From: Camelus ferus | Taxonomy: Eukaryota | Reading direction: 5' to 3' | NCBI RefSeq assembly: GCF_009834535.1 | Contig: NC_045717.1 | Span: forward strand, 25,854,001 to 25,918,000 | DNA length: 64,000 nt | Part shown: positions 49,006 through 63,549 of the stretch, piece by piece | Numbering within the stretch: the first letter of the stretch is position 1 | How the letters are laid out: each line of letters opens with the position of its first letter | Notes under the pieces: generated by a model | What the model was told of the DNA's origin: nothing | Databases searched by the model: none | What the model saw: only the letters and a program-made list of their open reading frames with translations | Program-made: the position numbers and the translations under genes

Positions 49006-52000
49006 ATGAGCAGCTCGGAGCCACCCACCGAGACCCCTGGGCCCAACGCCCCCACCTGGCAGACTCAGCCCACGTATGGCAACCTTGGTGAGCGCTGGGG
49101 AGGGGTCCTGGGTGGGAAGGGTGGTCAGAGCTGAAAGGCTGTTTCTCATTACCATCTAGGGAACACTCTGCCCCATGACCTTTTAATTCAACTATAGCAG
49201 CTTTTAAACTATCTTTAATAAAACTCTTAGAAAAAAAAAAAAACTGGATGACCAGCATGTAAAAATGAGGAAACTAGAGTTCAGAGAGGTTCTGTCACCT
49301 GCCCAGAGCCACACAGGAGGTGGGAGTCGCCTGTGCTGGACCGGAGGCTTCTCTGCCACTGACTGGTCGCTCCTCTGAGCCTTTGTTTCCTCATCTGTAA
49401 ATCAGATGGCACCCCTACCCCAAAGGGCACAGGGTAGCTGGGGGTTGGGGTTTGATGTCCTTTCCATCTCAGAGATGATGTGCCCAGGACCCCCCATTCC
49501 GAGAGTCCTCACGCCCCTCCCCCACTCCCTCCCCCTATAGGTGAGGTCCGTGCCCACCTGCTGCCCTCCAAGGCCTGCCGCCCCCGAACATTTGAGGCCC
49601 TCTCGACTGACCCGCAGCCCCTGCCCCCACCCCTGCCCAAGAAGACCCTGACCAGGGCCCAGTCGCTGCCCACCCACAAGGCCCCCAGACCCAGCCCCAC
49701 TCAAGCAGGGGAGACTCAGAAGCCCCTCCTGGGATCCCACAGTGTGGACAAGAGCCAGGCAGGCGACGACAGGGCGGGGCCAGCCTGTCCCCCTGAAGAA
49801 CTGCCCTTCTGCTCGCTGGACCCTGAGCTGGGCCTCTCCTTCCACGACCTACACCGCCCAGAGGCCGTGCACGCAGCGCTGGAGGCCCGGCAGCTGGAGA
49901 GCCTTCGCGCCATGCACGTCCGGCTCCAGGCCCGGCTCCTGGGGGGCCGCCCGGGCCCCTGCCGCCCCGGCCACGGCTTCCGCCTCCTGGACCGCTCGCC
50001 CTGCTTGGAGAGCGGGGACGCCCTCTACTACCGCCTGGTGCGGGTGGACGAGGAGGCGTGGCATCTCCTGGCTGCCAAGGTGAGCCCCGCCATCGCCCCG
50101 CCTCCTGGGAGGCGGCCCCAATTTCCCGTCCAAGGCATAACCCAGGGCACTTTTCGCTTGGGCCTAATTGCCTATTTTGCAACTAACCTATGAAGTAACA
50201 CTGTCAGCCCTTGGAACCGGTTCTAAAATGTGCAGCCACCTACATTCGAATCACCTGGGGATCTGGTTAAAATCTTCCCCAGGCCTCTCAGGGACCCAGG
50301 AGTTTGCATCTAAATTCATTCCCCAGTGAATTCTGGTGCTAGAAAGCCTCAGTTGCCTGATATTAACAACCGCCAAAATGTACTGAGCACCTTTAAGGAC
50401 TTAAAGACACTCATTCAGCTAATCCTCATGCAAGCATTGCCGCGTTTTGTCACAAGAAGATGCTCCTGTTTTATGCACCACTAAGAAAAAAGAATGATTC
50501 TTGTCAAATAAGCCAGACCACCAAACGTCAGGTGCATTAACATTTTGGAGGGACCTCATGGGCTGGGCAGAAGGTTTTCTTATGGGCCCATTTCACAGAC
50601 CGGAGTGTGGAGGGAGTAGGCTGTTGCCAGCAGTGAGTTCTTCAGTTGACAGCTTGACACTGGCTCCATCTCAGAGGCCCCTGCTGAGTTTATTTTTAAA
50701 ATACCCACACGCAGAGCCCCACCTCAGCACCTGTAACTTTTAACTCCTGCCCCAAGGTGACTCTGTAATCCCCAAAGCTAATGCTCTCCTACTTTCTAGA
50801 AAGAGCTTTCCTGTCCAGTACTTCAGCTGCTGGCCATATGTGACTGCTGAGCACTTGAAATGGGGCCGTTCCTGACTAAGATGTGCTCTGAATGCCAAAT
50901 ACACACTGGGTCTTTAAGACTTAGTATCAGTAATAACAACAGTGGAAAACATCTCACTAATACTTTCTTCATTCAGGACCTGCTGAATGAGAACATTTTG
51001 GATATACTGGATTGAATAGATTATGAAAGTTACTTTCAAGCTCATACAACCCAGTATCAAACAAACAACCTGATTTAAAAACANNNNNNNNNNNNNNNNN
51101 NNNNNNNNNNNNNNNNNNNNNNNNNNNNNNNNNNNNNNNNNNNNNNNNNNNNNNNNNNNNNNNNNNNNNNNNNNNNNNNNNNNNNNNNNNNNNNNNNNNN
51201 NNNNNNNNNNNNNNNNNNNNNNNNNNNNNNNNNNNNNNNCACAAACTAACAAATGTTGGCGAGGATGTAGAGAAAAGAGAGCCTTTGCACACTGTTGGTG
51301 GGAATGTAAATTGGTGCAACCATGGCAGAAAGCAGTATAGAAGTTTCCAAAAAAACCAAAAATAGAACTACCATAGGATCCAGCAATCCCACCCCTGGGT
51401 ATACACCCAGGAAAAAAATGAAAACACGAGTTAGAAAATAGGCACGCAGCCCAGCGTTTACAACAGCAGTCCCTGCAGCAGCCACGACGCGGAAGCAGCC
51501 TAAGCGCTCGCCAACAGGGGACGTGGAATTTGCGGACAATGCCACTCAGCCACAGGAAAGAAAGCAACTTGGCCATTTGCAGCAACGTGGGTGGGCCTGG
51601 AGGGTGTTATGCTCAGTGAAATAGGTCAAAGAAAGACAAACCCTGTTAAGTTTTCAGTTATACGTGGAATCTAAAGAGCAAAACAAACAAGTAAATATTC
51701 TTTACAAAAGGAAGGAAGTTACTCTCACTTGCTTCTTTCCACTTTTTAAAACGTGGCTACTGGAAAACTGGAATTACATCGTGGCCTGAGTTGTCTTTCT
51801 GCTGGACAGCGTAGCTCTGGTACCTCGGTTGGCATTTCCATCTTTACCAAGTGGCAAGCGCCAGCCCCTCTGGCAGTGGGAAGTCTGACCCCTAAACACC
51901 ATCCTCCCTGCTTAGTCTTCTTTAAAATCATGCTGGCAACTAACATCTGAATTAACATGAATCCCCTGCTTCTGGGGGGATGCGGCGATGCTGGGGGCAG

Positions 52001-52890
52001 GCTGGGGGCAGGCTTCAGGCCTGGTGGAGCCGCTGGGTGGGCTATGCTGGCTTGGGAGGGCTCGGGGGTCAGGCCCTGAAGGCCCCTCTGCCCTGCAGGT
52101 GCCCAGGCCAGGAGCCGAGGAGCCCCACCCGTGGGGCCTGGAGCTGCAGGCCTCGCTGGCCCCACACTTCAACCTGCAGGGACTGTGCGGTCTGGTGCCC
52201 AGGGGCGCACTGCCTGAGATGCCCTGGGATCAGCCCGTGGCGCTGGCGGCGGAGGTGCCGGAGCTCACAGTGGCCCAGTGGCTGGCGGGAGCGGGCGTGC
52301 AGCCCCCTGCGGAGTTCACACGGGCCGTGGCCCTGCTGCTGCTGCAGCTGAGTGCGGCCCTGGCACACCTGGAGGCCCGGGGTGCGGCCCTGGCCGAGCT
52401 GCGTCCTGAGAACCTGCTGCTGGTGGTGCCGCGGGGCTGTACTGCCACCGGGCCCCCGCGCCTGCTGCTGGCGGACTTCGGCCGCGTCCGCCCGCGGTCC
52501 CCGGGCCCCCTGGGTGCCCACGCACAGCAGCTGGGCCGCCTGCTCCGAGAGCTGCTTGGCCCCGTCGCGCCCTCGGCCACCCCCTTGGCCGCAGACCTGG
52601 AGCGCCTGGCGGCCCAGCTGGCCCACTGGCGGCCCTCCGCCGCCCAGACACGCGGCGCACTGCAGACACTGCTCTGGGGGCCCGGGCCGGCGCTGCGCCG
52701 CCGTGGAGCACCGCTGGGGCCTTGGCTGCGGGCGCACCGCGCGCTGCTGGTCCTGCACCTGGCCGAGCAGGCCGCCGGCGGGGAGGTGCCCGGCCTGGAG
52801 GACTGGCTGTGCTGTGGGTACCTGGCCGAGGCCACTGAAGCCTCAGTGGAGCTCGCCCTGGAGCTGCTGTGGGACCGGCCCCTCCCGTGA
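49006..52890 (+). CDS. PEAK3: PEAK family member 3 pseudokinase scaffold (C19orf35), 470 aa
   Basis: Exons 49006-49087, 49541-50079, 52099-52890 splice in frame. Motifs: Y24-[31 protein letters not shown], and C-terminal EDWLCCGYL helix. Confidence 0.93.
50800..51020. mobile_element. MER3-like DNA transposon fragment
   Basis: GGCCATATGTGACTGCTGAGCACTTGAAATG...TTTTGGATATACTGG. Confidence 0.65.
51030..51690 (+). mobile_element. L1MA-like ORF2 end and 3' UTR in PEAK3 intron
   Basis: ATGTTGGCGAGGATGTAGAGAAAAG...GATCCAGCAATCCCACCCCTGGG...TACGTGGAATCTAAA. Confidence 0.8.
51084..51239. other. N-run, 156 nt, inside an L1
   Basis: Direct. Confidence 0.99.
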
Positions 52891-53748
52891 GCGACGCACC
52901 TGGGGCTGGTGGCCAGCGTCTCCACGACAAGGTGCGTGCCCCCTTCCAGGAGGCGCCAGCAGCCCAGCGGAGAATGCCGCTGGGAACGTAGGCCCAAGCC
53001 CTCCCCAAAAATGCAGGTGCCTCCTCCCCAGGGCTGGACTGATGGCCAGTGCTGCCCGAGGCTTTCTGATGCCACAGCTGCCTGCCCCTTCCAGGTGTGG
53101 AACCCCTGCCAGTTAATGTCCTGCGTGTGGAACTGCCTCCATGCCTTCCAGCAGGAGCCAGGATGCCCTTCTGGTACTGGGCTCTGATGGTCACCGTCTC
53201 CTGGAGCGTGTGGACTCCTCCCAAAGCCAGCATGAGAGGCATTCCTGGCCCCGGAGCTCCCCTTGTGCTGAGGATGGCAAGTGTGAATGTTCCTTCTCAA
53301 GAACTGCTTGGGGCCTCCAGGAGGAGGAGGCTCCCTGGAACTGGAGACAGCCAGCACCCCTCAGCATAGCCCACCCCAGTGGCGTCTTGAGCTCACCTGT
53401 GCTAACGTTCCTACCGTTCCCGTGCCCCACCCCCAACTACCTCCACCCACTGTAGCCTCCTCGATGTGACTCTGACACTAAACTGTCCAGCCACCAAGTC
53501 TTTGCCTGGGCTGTTTCCTCTGCCAGACTGCCCGGATCTCACCTGTTATAAGCAAGTTAAGTTGCCCCTCCTGGGTCCTCTGTAGCTCCTCACCTTGCAT
53601 CCCCTCAGAGCATTTGTCACCACCTGAAGTATTTATTCACCTCTTTACCTGTCACATGCTCACCTCATCCACCAGCCTGTGAGTTCCCCAAGGGCAGAGG
53701 CCAAGCTTAACACACAGTAGGTATTTAATTCATAGCATGCAACGATGG

Positions 53749-53754
53749 AATAAA
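53749..53754 (+). terminator. PEAK3: Candidate PEAK3 poly(A) signal
   Basis: First AATAAA I found after the stop (~860 nt). Confidence 0.4.
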
Positions 53755-54994
53755 CAAACCGGTACACAAGACTCATCAGGAACCTGAGGGAAAGAATGAG
53801 GTCTCAGTTGACACCTCTGGAAAACAGACACAGGAGCCCTGAGGGATCCCACCGCCCTTGCCAGGGTCTCCAGTCCTGCCTCTTGCTCCCAACCCTGCCA
53901 TGGTGATCCTGGGAGAAACTTTCTAACCCCTAGTTGTGACCAGGTCCCTCTCCTGCTCAGACATCTCCCGTGGCTCCTTGGTACTTCCAGAATCCAGTGG
54001 GGCTCCTCTGCAGGCGCTGCACACCCTCTGGCCAGTTTCTCCTGCCACACTGCCCATCCTGAGGTGCCTTCTGCTGGAAACGCCCGCCCCTCTGCTCCAG
54101 ACTCCTATCCATTCCCCTGCACAATCTGGTGCCGGTTCTCTGCCCTTGCCCTGCCCACATGGACTAGGTGTGTCCAGCTGTCTCTCCAGACCTTTGAACA
54201 CCGACTCCATCACTCAGGTAGTATTTCCCCAAGCCCTTTTGTCTTCTGTAAGAGGCCCTCTTTGCCAATTTGACCATCTCCCGCGACGCCCCGAGACGCA
54301 GCCAGCAGGCGGCGCTGCAGCCCTGTGGCTCTCCCACCTTCACCCCACCTCACCTAATCGCCCCCAATGCAGAAACCAGTGTTCCTCACCTCTGCTCTAC
54401 CCCGGACACCTGCTAGCAGTGCCCTGCCCCAGCACGACATCGTACAAGGCCTAAAGGCAGGGCGCCCACAGCCACAGCCACCGCCTCCTCGCTGGAAAGT
54501 CCCAGCCAGTCCCTGCCCTGTCCCAGGGCCCAGTAAACATCTTCAGGCTGGAAGGAGGCCATCGAAGGGAGCTGGAACTGGCCAGCTTCCCACTGGGGCC
54601 TCCCCAGGGAAGGGCACTGGTAAAAGGGAGCAGCAGGCTCAACATGAGAGGTGGAACGGCTGCCACCCAGAGCTGCCTCTCTGCCCTGGAGTTGGTGGTA
54701 AGGTGAGGTAAGAAGGCAGCCAGAGTGGAGCCCCAGGGCCAAGCTGCCCACACGATTCTAAAGCCAGATGGCCAGAGCTGACCAGGACCTTGGTTTCCCC
54801 ACCCCGTCCCCACTTCCCCCTCTGTAGGAGCAGTTACTCAGGTCAGGACACTTGCATAACCCGCCCCACTCCAGGCCATTGGAGGCCTCCCTTCCGTGGC
54901 CCGAGGCATCCCGGACCTGCCATCCAACCCCAGACAGGGGTGACAGCAGCCGCGTCAACACTGAGCCAACACTGGTCTTGGAGTGGTAATCACT

Positions 54995-55000
54995 TTTATT
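54995..55000 (-). terminator. OAZ1: OAZ1 distal poly(A) signal AATAAA
   Basis: Reads CCGAATAAAAGTG on the minus strand, ~400 nt after the stop, at the end of an AU-rich UTR. Confidence 0.75.
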
Positions 55001-55090
55001 CGGATTTTTGAGAACAATAGAAGGGTAGATTAATACCTATCTTTCCAAAGTTTAGAGACCTAATAAGACTGTTTTCAAAAGACTTCAAAT

Positions 55091-55238
55091 NNNNNNNNNN
55101 NNNNNNNNNNNNNNNNNNNNNNNNNNNNNNNNNNNNNNNNNNNNNNNNNNNNNNNNNNNNNNNNNNNNNNNNNNNNNNNNNNNNNNNNNNNNNNNNNNNN
55201 NNNNNNNNNNNNNNNNNNNNNNNNNNNNNNNNNNNNNN
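55091..55238. other. N-run, 148 nt, in the OAZ1 3' UTR
   Basis: Direct. Confidence 0.99.
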
Positions 55239-55248
55239 GGAGTGAGCG

Positions 55249-55254
55249 TTTATT
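55249..55254 (-). terminator. OAZ1: OAZ1 proximal poly(A) signal AATAAA
   Basis: Reads TGTGCAAATAAACGCTCAC on the minus strand, ~150 nt after the stop codon. Confidence 0.75.
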
Positions 55255-55401
55255 TGCACAATTACAACATGCGGACAAACCCAGCAGGGGAGCAGGCTGA
55301 CACTGCTCGGCGCACAGCTCATCACACCACCCGCACAAGGCTCAGCACGAAGCGCAACACAAAGGACTGCAATCGAGGCCCCAGGGACACGGGGGCGGCC
55401 A

Positions 55402-58291
<2,890 letters not shown>

Positions 58292-58392
58292 NNNNNNNNN
58301 NNNNNNNNNNNNNNNNNNNNNNNNNNNNNNNNNNNNNNNNNNNNNNNNNNNNNNNNNNNNNNNNNNNNNNNNNNNNNNNNNNNNNNNCTGCC

Positions 58393-58550
58393 TTTATAGG
58401 CACCGCGCTCAGGCCACGCCCCCCACGCCGCCGGGAACGCGGCCGCACGAGGGGGCGGGGACTCCAGGAAACACAGGCGCGCCCGCCCCCTCTCGGGGTC
58501 TGATTGGTGGACGGCGAGGAGCCAGAGACGGGGCCGCGCCTTGGATTGGG
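58393..58550 (-). promoter_or_regulatory. OAZ1: OAZ1 proximal promoter: TATA box, GC boxes, two CCAAT boxes
   Basis: TATAAA at 58393-58398 (minus), GC boxes at ~58414-58460, and ATTGG at ~58503 and ~58545, inside a CpG island. Confidence 0.75.
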
Positions 58551-58894
58551 CTAGACGCCTCGGGTCCCTCCTCCTCCTTTTTGTCGTAACTCTGCGGGCG
58601 CGCGGAGGGGGCGGGGCAGCCGGGGCTCCGGGAACGCGCGCCGCGCGCCGCGCCGCGCCGCGCCCCCGCCCCCAGGCCCCCACAGCCGGGCCTGGGGGCG
58701 GGGGCTCCGCGTTGGCCCCGCTTTTGGGAGTCTGGCGGTGGCTGGTCTCTGCCGTGGGCCCTGTCCCTCTTTATAGGGGCCCCTCCCCCAGAAGGACCCC
58801 TTCCTGTCCCGGGAGGCCCTGGGCGACAAAGGCCCCCGGGGTCCCAGCGCTCCCCCTTTCCCCCCGCCTCGTAGGACAAAATTAATTTCAGTTA

Positions 58895-59240
58895 AGTTAA
58901 GGCCCCTGGGATGGGGGTGACCCTGGATTCCCCGGGGTACCCCGTGTCCTCACAGAGTCCTCATCAGAGGGAGGCGGGAGGTCAGAGTCAGAGAGAGACG
59001 GGGGATGCTGCGCTGCTGGCGGTGAGGATGGAGGGCGGGCCGCGAGCCAGGGATGCGGCGCCTCTAGAAGCTGGAAGAGGCAGGAGCCGGTTCTCCCTGG
59101 AGCCTCCGGAGGGACCAGCCCCGCCCAGGCCTGGGTTTTAGTCCTGTGAGACCCGAGTCGGACTCCGGACCTCCAGGACTGTGAGTTGATAAGCCTGTGT
59201 TGTTTCAAACCACTCTGGTGATGATTTGTTACAGCCGCCC
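58895..59240 (-). mobile_element. MLT1-type LTR (copy B, inverted relative to A), directly upstream of the OAZ1 CpG island
   Basis: Reverse complement nearly identical to 30910-31074. Confidence 0.8.
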
Positions 59241-59605
59241 CAGGGGACTCACACATGGAGTTGGGGGAATGTCCAAGATCTTGATGGGCTGAGGGTGACT
59301 TCGGTGTGTGCATTTGACAAAACCCATCTGATGGTGCCAATGGGACTTGTACATTTCACTCTAGCAAATTTCATCCAGACATTCAAGACACCCACATGTA
59401 TTGATCCCTGGTGAACGGTGTGCCTGCTGGAGGGGCTCGATGCCTGCAGTAGACTTTGAAATGAAATCTTAAAATTAAGACGGGTAGACAGAGGCCACAC
59501 AAATCAAACACAGCAAAATATGCTTGTAGACTCTAGGCACCAGAGGTGCAGGCCTTCTCTGTAAAGTTCCCTCCACCTTCTGTATTTTTGAAAAAGTTCG
59601 TCATA

Positions 59606-59740
59606 GGAGGGAAGGTATAGCGCAGTGGTGGAGCACGTGCTTAGCATGCAGGGGGTCCTGGGTTCAATACCCAGCACCTCCACTAAAATCAGTAAATAAA
59701 TAACCTAATTACCTCCCCATAAAAAAATTTTTTTTAAATT
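59606..59740 (+). mobile_element. Camelid-type tRNA-derived SINE with a 14-bp TSD
   Basis: AAAAGTTCGTCATA (59592-59605) and AAAAGTTCATCATA (59741-59754). Confidence 0.8.
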
Positions 59741-60404
59741 AAAAGTTCATCATAAAATGCTAAAAAGTAAACACAAAAGGGGCCCAACTTCCCTTCACCA
59801 CATCCAGGGTCATTTTGAACAAATAGCAAGAAAATGGAAGTAAATGAGGCACAACCACTTTTCCTGGGTCTGGCACAGCCCTGGGTGAGAACCAGGCTTA
59901 AGAGCGGCCTCAAATGGCTGGATTTGGCCTCAAATCGGCACACACATCTGCTGCTGCACGATAAAGCATGGGACAGCCAGATGTGCTCCTGGCATCAACA
60001 CGACAGCCCTGTCAACACGTCCTCGCCAAGGACTGGAGGAGGTGGTGGTGGCAGAAATGCTCAGGCTTAGATGTGGGCTACTTTTCATCTTGCTTCTATT
60101 TTTTATTTGCTACGGTCCTTGATGCACGCTTTAGTGTTTTTCTTGGTCATTCAAATGCTTCAGCAGAGGTGTTGTTATGGAAAACGGAAGGTGACACCTG
60201 AACACAAGTGCCCTGCACATGAGGTCCTGCCCTCCTTTGCTCACACCTCTCTCTCCTCCACGTTTTTTCTTTGCATTTATAGAATTTTTGCTGCTAAATT
60301 TAAGAGCAGTGATGCTCATTGAGGAAGCTAAATTTATACGCCATATTTCTTTTTTGTTTGTTTGCTTTTGTTTTTTGGGGGGAATAATTAGATGGATTGA
60401 TCTA

Positions 60405-60760
60405 TTATTTTTTTAATGGAGGTAAGGACCTCATGCAGGCTAAGCACACTACCACTGAGGTATACCCTCCCCTCCACCCAAGAAATATTTTTTAATTGCT
60501 TTTTTTTTAATTTAAGTATAGTCTGTTACAATGTGTCAATTTCTGGTGTACAGCACACTGTCCCAGTCATGCATATACACACATAATATTCGTTTTCATA
60601 TTCTTTTTCATTAAGGTTATTACAAGATATTGAATATAGTTCTCTGTGCTATACAGAAGAAATTTTTTTTCAAATTGAGATATATAGATAGTGGCTAACA
60701 TTTGCAAATCTAAAACTCCCAAAGCATATCTCTTACTAGACTTTATTTAATACTTGTGGC
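60405..60760 (-). mobile_element. Internally deleted SINE followed by a lineage-specific L1 3' end
   Basis: AATGGAGGTA...CCACTGAGGTATACCCTCCC, then AAGTATAGTCTGTTACAATG...CAAGATATTGAATATAGTTC. Confidence 0.7.
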
Positions 60761-60999
60761 TATACTATATGTGTGTATAGAATATTATGCATTATATACA
60801 CTTTAAAATGATACCTGAAGTAAAATAAAATGCCCTCTATATTTGTAAACATACAGATATGTTTTGTTGTACCTAATGTCATAGTATTTATCTATATATT
60901 TTATTTATTCTGTGTATTACATTACATTTACATGATAATAATACTGTATTGTATAATATATGTTGACTCTGTCTATCTGCAACCTTCTTTTGGAACTCC

Positions 61000-61600
61000 A
61001 AATATTTTTTGCAGCTTTATTCAAATAAAATTCACATACCATACGACTCACCCATTTAAAGTATACAATTCAGTCATTTGCAGTACATTCGCAGGTACGT
61101 ACACCCATCACCCAAGTCAGTTTTAGAGCATTCTCCTCATCACCTCAGAAAGAAACCCTGTCCCCCTTGCTGTTACCCACCCAGCCCAACGACCTGGAGC
61201 CCCCCACCCCCGCCCCGTGTCTGGGGACTGGCCTGTTCTGGACGCCTCACATCCGTGGACTCACATGCTGTGTGTCCTTCTGTGTCTGCTTCTCTCCCTG
61301 AGCTCGTGCTCTCAGGGTCCGTCCCCATGGGAGCGGGTGTCAGGGCTGCTCTGCTTTTCGTGGCTGAGTGACGGTCCCGTGTGTGGAGAGGCCGTGTGTG
61401 TGTATCCATTCATGAATCTGTCAAAGGACATTTGGGCTGTTTCCACCTTTTGGCTGCTGTGGACGTGCGTGTACAAAAATCTATTCAAGTGCCTGCTTTC
61501 GACTCCTTTGGGCGTACACGTAGGCGTGGAATCGCTGTCATACGGTGATTCTATGTTTAGCTTTTTGAGGCACGGCCAAACCATAATATACTCTTAAGAG
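61000..61600 (-). mobile_element. L1M(B)-like 3' region
   Basis: CAGCTTTATTCAAATAAAATTCACATACC...GTTTCCACCTTTTGGCT. Confidence 0.75.
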
Positions 61601-62099
61601 AAAAAAAAAATGTAGGTGACAAAAACAAGACATGCTGACGTTCTCTAAGGAGCCAGTCTTGTAAAAATAAACGTGTAAATAGCACTGAGACACAAGGAGG
61701 CAGAAGCCCCGAGGAAAGCCCCCGGGTGGTAGGCAGCGTCTGGCGTCGGATGGGAGCAGGTGGGTGTTCTGAAAGCCGTCCTCTTTGGGCTCGTCTACGC
61801 CTCTGCGCGTTCGGAGCCTGCCTGCCTGAAGAAGAAGAGAAGGAGTTGTTTTCGAGGAGGTGGGGGGCCAGGGAGCTGCTGGCCTCAGGCCTGCGGGCGC
61901 CTCCTTATTTTCTCAGGATTGTTACTGGTTGTGACTCACGGACAGAATACACTTCCTCTTTCTCCTCAGGGGGCCCCAAAGTGGCCCTTGCTCTCCAGCT
62001 GCCAACACCTGGCTGCAGGCCTTAGAATGTTCTTTTGAAGGTTGAGCCCCCAGAGTAGGGGAGCTGGGCTTCTCTGCTCCAGGGTAGGTGGGAATGAAG

Positions 62100-62790
62100 A
62101 ATCAGGGTGTATGAGTTTCTTGCAGCTGCCGTAACAGGTGCCTGCGCACTGAGTGGCCTAAGTCGCTAGGAATCTGTTCTCGAATGTTCTGGAGGCCAGA
62201 GTCTGAATCCAGGGATCGCAAGGCCGCGCTCCCTCCAGAGGCTCCAGGGGAGGGTCCTTCCTGCCTCTTCCACCTTCCAGGGGCCCCGGGCATCCCTGGG
62301 CTGGTGACTCCATCACCCTAGTCTCTGCCTCTGTCATCATGTGGACACTGTGTTTCCAAATATCCTTCTTCTCACGAGGACAGTGTCCTACTGGATTAGG
62401 ACCTGCCCTGTTCTTGCCCCACCGCATGTAACTGACGGCATCTGCGTGACTGTCCTGGCCCGCTCCAGCTGCTGTCACAGACTGTCACAGCCTGGGGGCT
62501 TGTGAGCAACAGGGGTTTACTGCTCACGGTTCTGGAGGCTGGGAGTCCCAGATCAAGGTGCCTGCAGGTCTCATGTCTGAGGACGTCGCGTTCCTATTTT
62601 GTAGCTGACAGTGTCTTGCTCTGTCCTCACGTGGCGTGAGGGCAAGGGCACCCCCAGGGCCCCTTTATAAGGGCACTAATCCCATTCTTGAGGGATCTGC
62701 CACCTCCTGAGGGACCCACCTCCTAATACCATCCCACAGGGGGTTAGCATTCAACATATGCATTTTGGGGGGGAACAAACATTCAGCCCA
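62100..62790 (+). mobile_element. Two adjacent MLT1/MST-type LTR fragments
   Basis: GGTTCTGGAGGCTGGGAGTCCCAGATCAAGGTG...CACCTCCTAATACCATC...TTCAACATATGCATTTTGGGG. Confidence 0.75.
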
Positions 62791-63149
62791 TAGCAGACCC
62801 CATTCCCAAATGGGTCTGGGGTTAGGAATTGAACACATCTTTGTGCTGGGAGTACAGTTAAGCCATAACCGGGGTGAGGTTGTGTCTGGAAGGTCAGCGT
62901 TCTGTAAAGGGCTGCAGGTGAGCCATGGGGGGGACCCCAAGGGAGCTGGGGGGCACCAGGTGATGTGAAGGCAGGTTTCCCACACAACACAAAGACACAG
63001 GAAGGACCAGTACCATCTTCCCAGCGAATGACATAGACTCAGATGTGGGAGAATTGGTTTGGACCCCGTTGGGTTCTCTGACTCTAAAGCCCACCCTCTC
63101 AGCCTCTCCAGACAAGAAGCAGAGAGTGGGGCCGGGGCTGGGGGAGGGG

Positions 63150-63330
63150 AGGGAGAGTGTTTCATGGGGACAGATTTTCAGTTTGGGAAGCTGAGAAAGT
63201 TCTGGAGATGGATGGTGGGGGTGGCTGCACAACACTGTGAATGTGCTTAATGCCAGTGAGCCATGTACTTACAAATGGTTGAAATGATAGATGTAATGTT
63301 TTGTGTATTTTACCGCAATAAAAAAATTGG
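63150..63330 (+). mobile_element. L1M 3' end
   Basis: AGTTCTGGAGATGGATGGTGG...TTTTACCGCAATAAAAAAA. Confidence 0.75.
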
Positions 63331-63549
63331 ATCTGGTGGCTAGTGACTGTCGTGTTGGAGAGCACAAGTTTAGAGAACGGTTAAATGGGGAGGGATGAGG
63401 TGGAGGGAGGGGGTCTGCAGACCATGGTTATGCCCCCAACTCTGTCGGGAACTCAGGCAGGTCATTAGTGGATCCCAAAACAGTTTTCTCATCTGTTTTG
63501 GGATCGAAACTAAACAAAAGTCCCTGATGTATGGGGCTGAGCTAGGATT

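Noticed and set aside
52230-53357. 375-aa and 308-aa antisense ORFs over PEAK3 exon and UTR
   Set aside because: Antisense shadows in GC-rich sequence.
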